The position numbers and the translations under genes are program-made. Shown piece after piece: positions 48,095-58,990 of a DNA stretch of 64,000 bases. The stretch is from Fimicolochytrium jonesii. Lineage: Eukaryota. The stretch lies in the NCBI RefSeq assembly GCF_025526975.1, contig NW_026515685.1, positions 248,001-312,000 on the forward strand, written 5' to 3'. The notes beneath the pieces were generated by a model. The model made no database searches and was not told where the DNA came from. It saw nothing but the letters and a program-made list of their open reading frames with translations. Numbering within the stretch: the stretch's first letter is position 1; each line of letters opens with the position of its first letter.

Positions 48095-48693
48095 AAGGGG
48101 TTGTGAAGAGGTCTTGAAATGACAATAGATAGAATAATATTTGTAGATGTTTAGGGAGAGGTGCACGGCGCTTTTGGAGTGCGCTAGAGGCATCCATGGC
48201 TCGTACGCAGAGCGGGTTGGGATACCGCATTTCGTATATATAGCAGTGTCTAATTTGATACGGCGTAGGGAAAGAATCTAAGATGTATCTGGAAGTCTAT
48301 CTATTACTGCATCTATGGGTACTGGAAGAAAAGGGGTACCCGCCCCCGAAGTTTTCTTGCTATTTGTATCCTACGAGACGGGATTACGCCGATTATTCTG
48401 CTCTACATATACGTTACGCCCCCATGACGCTGTAATCGTTTCATATGGGTTGATTATAACCTCCAAAGCCACTTTCAAGACACGTCCAAGGAAGTGTCCG
48501 ACAACGTATCGATGAAAAGACATCCCCGATCGCGGCAACATCCCCATCCCCAGTCGCACAACGTCCTTGATACCACTCACGATGGCATCGGTTCCTGACC
48601 TTGAAACGTTTCCGACGATGACAGCCCTTCTTCAGCGCCCCGCGAGGCAGCAGCGAGCCACTCGAGCTACTCTCCAACCGTCGACCCATCCCC

Positions 48694-49494
48694 TCAATAC
48701 AGGCTCATCCCCAGCCCGGTCCCTCTGAGGTAATCCAAATCCGCGACGACATGCCCCAAATCATCCTCATAAAGCGTATAAAACGGCGCCTCGTTCAACA
48801 CCGCATCCACGTCCGCCCTCCCACTCCTCGCCGCCATATCGATCCACCACAAGCTTATCCGCGCCTCGCCATCCAGCAGCCACACGATGTTCCGCCGCCG
48901 CATCTGCGCGTCGTTGTACGCAACCGTCGAGTTGAGTTGGCAGAAGCCGAGGTTGTACGGGAAGGCTTGCGCTGAGTAGGTGGGGTACTCTTTACTATGG
49001 AACACGAGCCCTACGGCGTTCGCGGATGGGCTGGCGAATAGGTGGGCGTGGAAGAGATCGAATCGCGATAATGTGATCACGTTCCGTGTCGCTGGGGGGA
49101 TGGCGTCAAACAAGGCTGTGAAATAGGCCTGCAGTCCCGATTGCTCTGTGAATGGGATCACCGGGCGGGTGTCTTTGACGAGATCGCAGCGGGTGTTGGC
49201 GAAGGTTGGGAAGGGGAACGCGGTGTGGGGGGAGAGGAGGGTGGAGAGGTTTTGGGAGAGGGTTGCGGTGTGGAGGGTTGGGAGATGACGACGGGCGAGG
49301 GTGGAAGCGGGAGGGAGGGGGAGGCGGGTGGCGAATTTGTTTTTGAGCGGAGGGGAGTGCAGGAGGGTTTGGAGGAAGGCGGTGCCGGGGAAGGTGGGTG
49401 ATGGAGATGGAGAGATGGGAGCCGGGGCGGCGGGTGTGCTGAGGAGGAGTGCCGCGAGGAGGACGAAGAGGAGGGTGGGTGTTGGCGAGCGCAT
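48694..49494 (-). CDS. Secreted protein of unknown function with a conserved domain
   Basis: ATG at 49494 followed by the signal peptide LLFVLLAALLLSTPA; globular part RFDLFHAHLF...GLVFHSKEYP...FPYNLGFCQ...RNIVWL...LYEDDLG. Confidence 0.8.
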   Translation of the reverse strand: MRSPTPTLLFVLLAALLLSTPAAPAPISPSPSPTFPGTAFLQTLLHSPPLKNKFATRLPLPPASTLARRHLPTLHTATLSQNLSTLLSPHTAFPFPTFANTRCDLVKDTRPVIPFTEQSGLQAYFTALFDAIPPATRNVITLSRFDLFHAHLFASPSANAVGLVFHSKEYPTYSAQAFPYNLGFCQLNSTVAYNDAQMRRRNIVWLLDGEARISLWWIDMAARSGRADVDAVLNEAPFYTLYEDDLGHVVADLDYLRGTGLGMSLY

Positions 49495-52400
49495 TGTGGG
49501 CGCTGGTGAGCGAGTGAAGTTGACGGAACGGGAGCCCTTTGAGGATGGAGGGTGTGGGGTTTGGGGGCGGTCGCTGGCTGCTCTGCCTTTGAAAGACGAG
49601 AGCTCCAGTGATCGAAAGACGGTGGTGAACACCTGAGTGAACACCGAGGAGGACGACGCCGCGGGGAAGAGGCTTCTCGCGCGTTACATAAGCACTCCCA
49701 CCGACGGCTCCGACCCCTCTCTGCTCCCCCTTCTTTTTCCCACCTACCCCTTCTTCTTCCCACCAGCAGAGAGACCGTAACCGCGCCACTCCCATTCTCC
49801 GTTTATGGGATGCACTCTGAACTACCTCTGCCTCCAACTTGAACGTAGTTTCACTTGTGGGAATAGGTCTAGCGAATCGCGGGGCATACGCAACCACTTA
49901 ACCAAAACGTCTAGTTTCATTGATCAGTAGTGACTAAAAGGCAAGGCTCCATGACCTGAGGCGTGGACTTGCAGCTTGCGAAACATCAATGGGCTAGGCG
50001 GGTGAGCGTGAAAGTTAAAGGGGAGGCGCCGGGATGGCGCCGATGATCCTTTTGCCGACGCTCGCTTTTCTTTTTCGAATTTGAAAGTGCCAACCTTGAC
50101 ACTAGCGAATACCACGGCGCAATGTCGCGAAAGGATGACGATATGAGAAGAACGAGAAGAAAGGATGGGCATTCGACGCCATGCACGGAAGCAGGGAACC
50201 TTGAGAATATCCCGTGTCCGTTTTGAGAGCAGGCATTGCATTCTCGAAGCGGACGTATGGGATATATATCCACAGAATGAGGTTAGCGGCTACATATGGG
50301 TTCACCGATGGGTGCTCAGGCGGAAGCGGAAACGGGGATGTTCAGCTCTTTCCTTGGGGTGGGTGACTTGGGAAATTCAAACGTTTATAGGCATGCGAGC
50401 CACCAACAATCGGACGGACAACGAGGAGCGCCCGTAGTCAGGCAATCAAAGAGATGGTAGCTGCTGCCACCCGTTTTTCCACCTTCAGCCTCATGATTCG
50501 CATACGATGACACGGTCAACGCGTCGATAGGTGTTGGCGCTGGAGAGCCGGCAAGGGGCCTGCCTTGCTTCCTTCCAAACCGACGTAGGTACAACCCGCG
50601 AACTCCGCTAACATGGAACTCTCAGCGGCGAAACAAGCGTCCCCAGGCGCGCGGACAGCCTTCATGAGATTCATCGTAGAAGTGATCTAGAAGCCAATGG
50701 AGGACCGGTTTACGCGGAAGCCAATATATCAGGTCGTCTCAAGGACCTTTGTTGTAACTCAAGTACCGCCGCAAGCATAAAGGAGTTCGCAGGGGCATCC
50801 CACGGAAGGAGTTCGCATCGATCACGGTTTTTCTCACTCCGGGAGCAAAGAGAGCTTGGTAGGCGAATCGATCACCTCCGCCACGACGTGGGACATACAC
50901 CCGTATCTCCTCGTCGGGGACCACACCCACACAAGTGGAAAGTGCGGGATTCTGTAGGTCTGCCGCACGACGTGAAGGAAGCTCAGAACCCGACACCGTC
51001 ACGGCACCACCTACCTACCTCAGTATCGGAAGTACCCCGGCGCATCCCACCACTTGTAGATTCCCCCGGCAGCTCTTGCTGCAGCATCCGACGTCAACGT
51101 TCCGCAAGATGAGGAGCTTGAACAGATTGAAGTGATGAGAGAACCCTCGACGAGTGACGGGGGAAAGAGAGTGAAAGCTATACTGAACAATTAAATCGTC
51201 CCGGGACGCACGCACACAAAATAAAAGGCGATTTGCTGCGGTGCCACTCGCCCGTCTCCTGGGTGGAGTGAGGACAGGAACGTCACCGGATGGTTCGCGC
51301 CGTCTTGAAATAGACGTGAGGACAGGAACACCGACGACTATGTAGACGCAGGGCTCGACGAGTCGTGGCATGCAATCGGACCCGACAGACGCTGTGAAAT
51401 CGATTCATCATACGCGAGCGAGTCGTGGCGGCGGGAGACCTCAGGCTTTTCCCGCGGCGTCGCTCGAACCGGGCAGGCAGATGTCACGCCCTCTGTCACG
51501 TCGCCTCATGGGGAAAACGGCTTGGACCGCTGATGAATACCGCGTCGCCCTGGTCCTCCTATCGCAAATCGGGCCGCTGCCCTCACTACTCTCGGCAAAG
51601 TTTCCTCCCCTGATATCAATGGGGTCCAGTGACATGAACCATGAACAACTGTCAGCGCGTCTCGGGTTGGGCGCCGCTCGCTACATACTGTAGATAAGCC
51701 CCCCTTGCAGCATCATAGCCAAGGGGTCACTCGGGACATTACCGTCAGCGGCATCATGACCAGCCACGATAATGCTAGATGATGCCTACTACTTAGTCCA
51801 TGCACAGGTTGACCTGGATCTTCACCCGTTTCACGCCCCCGGCCAATCACCAAGACGCCTCCAATTTGGAATCGTTGAGCCGCTTTGCTCCTGCGGCGGA
51901 GGTCGTTGATCGTTGGTGGCTTCAATGGCCCAGCGGGCGCGAGACTAATATCCGTTGTAACTCCGGTGTGAATTTGCACTGCACGGCCATCTTTGATTAT
52001 CGCCCATCCATCCAGTCCTTTTCCATACTGTAAATGCAGCGAGCCGCTACTGTGACGATATGGCATAACCCATGAAAAAGAGGACATCTTGATAAGGTTG
52101 CTGACATGGAATATTGAAGCCGGAGGTGTTGTATCGAAAATGGATTCGACGGCGTGAAGTGGTGTACGGGTTACACGAAGGTGGAAATCAAGCTTCAGGA
52201 AGTTTGATGTTCATGCACGCTTGGCGCCCACTGTCAGCGTCTTCCTTGCCTCCCACTAAAAGCTGAGGAACAGCGATATTGTGCAATGTGCAATGTGTGC
52301 ATTCGGCGTCCCCACTGTCCTACAGTACGTCGGCCCAGCTGTACGATGCTAGGATATTGCAGCAACTCCGGGCCCATCCGAGCCCTTTGTAGCTGCAGCC

Positions 52401-54464
52401 TGAGATGCGATGCACCGTAGACCAATAATGTGATCCATCGCACGGGCCAACCCACGGCATGGCCAAATGGCGATCGCAGAATGACGGCGAAGTCGCAGAG
52501 TCCAGAGTCCAGACCTCCTTGGTGTTGATGCCGCTGAGGCGCCTGATCGTCCTCCAAAAGCCACGCTTGGCGTTGTCCCCTTTGCGTTTTCCTTCGTACT
52601 CCGCGGCTTACATAAACGCACGCGTGCGACCCTGGCACATATTTGACAGGTGGCACAGTCACACAAAAAATCCAGAAGAAAAAGTGAGAAAAAACGGACA
52701 GCGCAAAGGAAAGGCAAAAGGGAAAGAGACGCCCTCTGTCCGATCGACGTCCGAAACCCATGAACGGATGATATCGTCGCCGATGCGAGTAACGTAGCCT
52801 CGGTGAGCATATTTGTCGTACGTACCACCGGTCAGGAACTAGTAGCTGAGCCTCCCTGAATCGGTTACAAAAAGAGGGTACATACAACTCCAACTCATTT
52901 CCGAGATCCGACAAAAGTTGATGATCATGATGGCTCGATGATGGGGTGGGTGAATCGGGGTGAAAAGCCGTTCTCCAGGAGGGTGAAAAATGCCAACAGG
53001 GGTGACTGTTGTCGACTCGGACGGCGTACGCCAAAGCCACAACCAGGGAGTGTGGAGGATTGTTTGATGCAAACGGCGTAGCACAGCGCCCGGGGCGGAT
53101 GAATCACGACTGAAATCACGAAGACCAGTGAGAGCAGCTCGAGCTCAAGGCCCACCAGATAACAATTTTTGCCGGTGAGCAAATCCGCGTTGTGATTGGG
53201 GCCTTGGATTTGTAAGGAAAAAAAGGAGGGGCGAGGACCTTGGGCCGTCTGACTGTCTCACATCATCGCGGGGATGATGTGATGGAGGGTTGCTCAATTT
53301 GGACAGCCTCCCCTTTTTTTTTTGACACTTGCTGGTGGTCGGCTGTTGGTGCCTTTCCCACCTACGCGCGCATGCTAATTCTCACGGTGGCCCATGTCAT
53401 CTCTTTCCCTTCTTGCCACTCCTGCGTGCGTATGTACATGCATACATACTGTATACAGCAGCAGGCTAATCGTCGAACCGATGTCCGCGGGCTGTGGGAC
53501 AGTGGGGAGGGGCGGCGGCCGTAATTTGTCAGGCGAACAGCAAAACAACGCGCACGCTGCACGCGCTAAATGCAATATGACTTGGCTACGGGGCTTCTCC
53601 TCGCTCATCTGCCCGTAATGAAACCTCTGATACCTCCATGGCACGTACGGAGTTGGCCGAAGGGCGAAATTTCTCCTACTGATCGAATCACAGATGTCAC
53701 TCCCCCGTCGTTCAGGGCTCCTCCTTCCGACTCGCGGCTGTGATTGATTGACAGGCGCAAAATGGGAAAAATGCAAAAGTTTGCGGGGCCGCCTCCAGTC
53801 ATCACTCCCAGGGTTCTGTTTTGTCTACCCACCCAACCCAAACAACCCAACCCCAAACCCCGCCCGACAACCTTCCGCCGGTCTCCGGGAGCAAGGGGTC
53901 GGAAGAAGCATGTGCGACGGCTGTTCATTGCTGCTTGGTGGGACTGGTAGTGTGCCATCCATAGGTCGGACACATACAGTGCAACATGGGTAATACATTT
54001 TGGCTTCGGAGCCGTCGGGACACAATCCCAAATGATCCATTTTCAGCAGCCTGCATGGCATGGGGTTTGTCCCCGCAAAATCTCACAACGTCCGCATCCG
54101 CAAACCCCCACCGACACCACACTCACCACCCCTCACTTTTACACGCGCATTTTCGCGAAGGCCATGTCGCGTTTGCTTGTTTGGCCTTTGGCCACCCTCC
54201 CTTTCCCTTTCCCTTTCTTGCTCCCCGTCTGCGCAAAGCGTGTCAGCCCTCGGACTCGCTCCACGATACTGATGACGGGCTGATTCAGAAGGGTTGGGGC
54301 TGACGCGGAAATTTCACGCTAAACGTTGGTCTGCTCGCTTTGAGCGGTATCAAAACGTATATAAAGCTTTCGGCCGCTTCCCGTGCCCCCGCCGGGCCTG
54401 ACAGCGAACGTCAGCCGTCCCCTCTGCAACAGAATCCCAACAGCATAACCGAAGCAGCACTCCG

Positions 54465-55694
54465 ATGGCTGTTTCGGCGTGGCCTCAACTCGCTGCCGCC
54501 GCCGCCGCAGGTGCATCAATACAGCCAACGTCGGCGCAAAAGGGTATGTGTGCTCACCATCGATGGAGCAGAAACCCTGTCCCAGCCCTTGCGGCGGCCG
54601 CCGATGCTCCAAAGCAACATCAGCAGCCCCATCAGCAGCAACAGCAACAGCGACAGCAGGACTCTAGCACGACAACCCCAGTATCCGCTCAACTAGTCTC
54701 CCAGTTCGTATGCCTAGTCGTACATCGAACATGGCCGCACCGGCCAGGGATGAGCACCCCAGGCCGGCCACACCCCTCCTTCCTCTCCTTTGTCTCGCGC
54801 ATTCAACGAACCTCCGGCGTCTCCTCCATCGTCCTCTTCCTCTCCCTTCTCTACATCGTCCGCTTCCGCCGCGCATCCTCCCCAACCATCAGTAGCAACA
54901 GCGGCGTCCCCGACTCGATATCTGCGCTCGACGGTAACAGTTTCGGAAACCAGGCCGCATTATCCGAAGCGAGACTCGTCACAGCCGCCGTCATCCTCGC
55001 CCAAAAGTTCACCGACGATAATCGCTTCACCAACAAAACGTGGGCCGAGCTCACCGGCTTTGCGCTGGCGGACATCAACAAAATGGAGACGGACTTCCTC
55101 GCTAAGATAGACTTCAAGCTGCATGTCGGTGAGGAGGAGTTTCGGTCGTGGGTGCGGTACTGCAAGGCATGGGCGAGCCAGCTGGGCGTCTCGCTGGAAG
55201 AGGATCCGAACTCTACATCCCCGTCAAAGGCTTCCCCGCAAACAACGTCCACGATTCCATCCACCATCCCCGCAAACCTTCCGCCACTTCCAACTGCGAG
55301 GTCATCACAGCAACAGCAACAGCACGCCACGATGGTCGGCTATTACCGCAAACGCAAAGTGGAGCAACCTGACCCTCTCGCTTTCCACCCGGACTTCGTC
55401 CCGCGCAAGATCCCCCGCACCCCATCGGCCGACATTCCCCACATGCATCAACACGCCCACCATCAAACCCGTCGAGCAGCTTGGTCCGCCAGCAACACGG
55501 GCATCAACAACTCCGGCGGCCTACCCAACAACTTCGCATACCCGATGCCCACGATGCTCATACCCGGCTCTCAACAAACACCACAAGCACAACAATACAT
55601 CCAAATGCCCGCATACAACATCAACAGCAATCACCCGCTCGCGCTCCATCCCGTATACCCCATGCCGCTGCAGTGTTACCTCCCGCCGTACTAG
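54465..55694 (+). CDS. Pho85-type (PCL / Clg1-like) cyclin
   Basis: Cyclin box LFLSLLYIVRF...RLVTAAVILAQKFTDDNRFTNKTWAELTGFALADINKMETDFLAKIDFKLHV; TATATAAA at about 54358. Confidence 0.92.
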   Translation: MAVSAWPQLAAAAAAGASIQPTSAQKGMCAHHRWSRNPVPALAAAADAPKQHQQPHQQQQQQRQQDSSTTTPVSAQLVSQFVCLVVHRTWPHRPGMSTPGRPHPSFLSFVSRIQRTSGVSSIVLFLSLLYIVRFRRASSPTISSNSGVPDSISALDGNSFGNQAALSEARLVTAAVILAQKFTDDNRFTNKTWAELTGFALADINKMETDFLAKIDFKLHVGEEEFRSWVRYCKAWASQLGVSLEEDPNSTSPSKASPQTTSTIPSTIPANLPPLPTARSSQQQQQHATMVGYYRKRKVEQPDPLAFHPDFVPRKIPRTPSADIPHMHQHAHHQTRRAAWSASNTGINNSGGLPNNFAYPMPTMLIPGSQQTPQAQQYIQMPAYNINSNHPLALHPVYPMPLQCYLPPY

Positions 55695-57634
55695 GCGAGT
55701 GACATTCCATCGCAGCACACAGACGCTTTTTTGCCTGCACGCCGCTCTATACCAGTATCATCGTCTGTTCCGGAGATGGGCATTTCAACCGATTTTGTTT
55801 TCACGTTACCCCCCAAGTTATGACTTCTAAACACCGCCCCACCCCCGCCTTTTCACTTTGTGTACCATATTTTTGTTTGATTCTCCTTGTATATGCTCTA
55901 GAGTAAATTAAATTTTGAACGATCGACGGGGTATTCCCCAAACAACAACTGCTTGCTGCCCATATAGCGACGTCGCTTTCGACGGATGTTTCCGACCGGA
56001 AAAAAAGCCTCGTTGCGCAATGCGGAGTTTGAGGGACTAAGCGCCGTTTAAATACGAGTCACGTGAGGTTTATCAAGCGCAACACATTTTTCTCAGCCGT
56101 GCCGCCGCCGCCGCCGCACACAATCCAAACAACTTCCAACTGTCCACGTTGGGAATCGATGGGCCTCGCCGATAGGAAATTTGCACATCATCCCATTACT
56201 ACGAGCTCCTAAATGACAGTGAGATTGGGAGCGCTGCGTCATCACCCATGATGCGAAACTGAACGCCGGGCAGCGATCGTTGTCGGCGCAAGGTGTTGCG
56301 GGCGCAACGAGACAGCACTCGCAACATCTGACAATTGATGGTCGTTAGCCTATCTGCGAAATGTCCGTGGGCGATATACTGTACGGCCGTACAGTAGATA
56401 GCACCTTTCGTAGGCCTTCCGTGTTGGTGCATACAGTACAGCAGGATAGTAGCACGATGTAGCCGGATAGGACTGTACGCCGCCACGCATCGTGGTGTCG
56501 TATTGGGGGGCTGGAACCGGTTGGTTATCCTCGCACATGGAACGCATTGCCCCACCACAACTCTTCGCGCTGCTTCATCGCATGTCCGACACGTGCAACG
56601 TCCTCAATGTAATTTCCCTCCTTCCGCTTGTGTTTTGTACGCTCGTGATACGGTCGCCAACACTGTGCTGTGTGGACACTGTGGTTGCGTGCAGTGTGCG
56701 CTGTCACCCGCTTTGCGCTCCTGTTGGTTGGGAGGCTGGACCAGCCCGGCGTCGTTGGCGTATGTGCAGTACAGTACAGTACTGTATGTGCAGTATCCGA
56801 GTCGGGCTGTTTTGCGCTCTCGTCCCATGTCAAGGGTCTTCGTTCGGCGTCAAGGCGGGAGGTTCCACAAATCACACACCACCAAGTCCCGCCCTCCATG
56901 GCCAGGACACGAGATGGCGGTCGCGGACTCGGGGAAATTCGGGTGGGGCACCCTTGGCACAATACCTCACCGCGGTTCCAGGCTCGTATAGCGGGTGAAA
57001 ATGTGACATGAACCCCTGCGAGATGTCATTTTACGACCCAAAGTGGAGCCGTTTTGTGCGCCTCCTGGTGATTGCCTGGTTTTGGGTTTGCCTTGATCCA
57101 TATCGAACTGCCAATCTTCCTCGAGTCCAGAGAGAAACCAAGCGGACCGAGCTGTGATTCACTGGCGCCCTGAACTAGTCTGAAGACGCGTAAAATTGAT
57201 ATTATCCCCCTCTGTTGAAGGCCCAAGAGCATGCAAAGGCCTTGCAGCAGCGGAGTTGTTGGTAGCGTCGAACGATGTTGAACGTATCCTTTCCGACCGG
57301 TTGGGAAAACAAGTCAACACCGACATCATCAGGCAACGTCGTTGATGTTGGCACGGATTTCTACGCGGTGCGTTTCCTCTCAGGATCTCTTGGGATGTCC
57401 GTCCGCTTCCCTTAGATCCATCGTTCAGATCGCGGCTGTACAGCAGATTTCCCCTTGCGGTTGTATTTGCAGTCGACATCCCAAGTGTGCGAAATCCTTT
57501 GCAGTAAGATGTAACACATCAGCACATTTACAGATCCGGTCTTTGTGATTTGCACGGCTTGCGTAGCCCTCAAGGGACGGTGAAAATGGGAGCACATATA
57601 AAGGCATCGATGCCCTGCTGCACCTCTCGCTGGG

Positions 57635-57908
57635 CCGGTACATTCCGTTCGCTGCGTTCAGACGAACTAATCCCCTAGCCTGCGCTTGTATCCGATCGGT
57701 TGCATACGTGAAGGATAGTCGGTCCATCCTGAAAGCGGTCGTCATTCCGTTCTGCTCCAGCGCTTGCCGGCACATTCCGTCGCTGTGTTCATAAGACGCA
57801 ATCCATTAGCCCTGGGCTCGCATTCGATCGGGTCCGTGCTTGTAGAAGTAAAATCCGTCCAAAGTCCAAGCGCCGTTCATAGTTCATCCCGCCCAGCGCT
57901 TGCCGGCA
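57635..57908 (+). repeat. Degenerate tandem duplication, about 132-136 bp unit, in the promoter/5' UTR of the BTB-like gene
   Basis: Units start CCGGTACATTCCGT (57635) and CCGGCACATTCCGT (57767); they share TAGCCTG, CGATCGG and a terminal CCAGCGCTTGCCGGCA (57757 and 57893). Confidence 0.75.
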
Positions 57909-57940
57909 TTTGCATTTGCGATACACCCTAAGAGGAAGCC

Positions 57941-58990
57941 ATGTCAGCATTTGATTTTTATCCACCAGGCACCGGCGATGCCAAATTCATGTCGCTAAAC
58001 GGTCTTCCCAACCTCATCGGATGCCCGAATCCGCAAACTCTGATGTACGGCCAGCAGCCGGCACAATCCATGCTGTATCCGCCACCGGCGCTGTACACAA
58101 ACTATCCTTGGACCCACCATACGTTGCAGCCGCCAGTCCTGACGTTCTTCCCCACATCGGCACCGACATCCGCTCCATCCCCATGGCCCGAAGCGCCGAG
58201 TGATGTCGAAATCGAACAGTTGCTAATATCGTCGCCCCCGCCCCCGCCAGTCAATCCGGCGCAAGGTCTCCCGGAGTCATACGTGAGGGATAAGTTACGC
58301 AGTCTTGGAACGCAGCTATGGGGCGATGTATCGTCCTGCGATTGCTGGGTATTCGTCGAAACCCGCCGATCGAGCCATGATGCCGGTCCCAGTGCCTCGG
58401 CAAATAGACCTCCGACGAAGAAGCCGACACACTTTTCGATGACAGCTGATGGCCTGAACCCGCCGATGCCGCGACCGAAAAAGCCGGCTGAAGATTTCGT
58501 CAGCGTTCATGGGAAGTTGTATCGGGTGGTGCCGTCTGCACAGAGGAAAGTGGAAGAAGAGCAGCAGCGGCAGATGCGCCCATTGACGTTGCCGACTATC
58601 TTGCCCGTGCATTCGATCTTCTTGACGACGTTCTCGCCGGTTCTAGGGAAGCTTGTTCACGATGAGCAAAGGGCCAAGCAGGCGAAGTCACTACCGGCAC
58701 CTACCAGTGGCATGTATCAGCAGTCAGTGCCAACATCAGGTTACGCCGTGACAGAGGACGGCTTTCAGCCACCCCACACGATAACCGTGCAGCCGCCCAG
58801 CCCGGATGCATTTGCGATCCTGCTTCATTGGATATATACGGGCAACGTGGATGCCATGCAGGCGTTCCTAACGAACAGCGAGGGTGCTGTGCTGGCTGTG
58901 TTGGCGAATATGGAGTGGATCGGGTTGAGAGACTCGGAGCTTGCTGCACTGTGTGAGAGTGTGCAGAGGAGCATGGAACTTGAATTGTGA
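57941..58990 (+). CDS. BTB/POZ-like domain protein
   Basis: 349-aa ORF with CDCWVFV, LPVHSIFLTTFSPVLGKL and ITVQPPSPDAFAILLHWIYTG, a split BTB-like signature. Confidence 0.75.
   Translation: MSAFDFYPPGTGDAKFMSLNGLPNLIGCPNPQTLMYGQQPAQSMLYPPPALYTNYPWTHHTLQPPVLTFFPTSAPTSAPSPWPEAPSDVEIEQLLISSPPPPPVNPAQGLPESYVRDKLRSLGTQLWGDVSSCDCWVFVETRRSSHDAGPSASANRPPTKKPTHFSMTADGLNPPMPRPKKPAEDFVSVHGKLYRVVPSAQRKVEEEQQRQMRPLTLPTILPVHSIFLTTFSPVLGKLVHDEQRAKQAKSLPAPTSGMYQQSVPTSGYAVTEDGFQPPHTITVQPPSPDAFAILLHWIYTGNVDAMQAFLTNSEGAVLAVLANMEWIGLRDSELAALCESVQRSMELEL

Noticed and set aside
49900..54300. ORFs of 100-270 aa on both strands and a 14-bp direct repeat GTGAGGACAGGAAC (51268, 51316)
   Set aside because: No family signature or coherent gene model; the repeat has only two copies.
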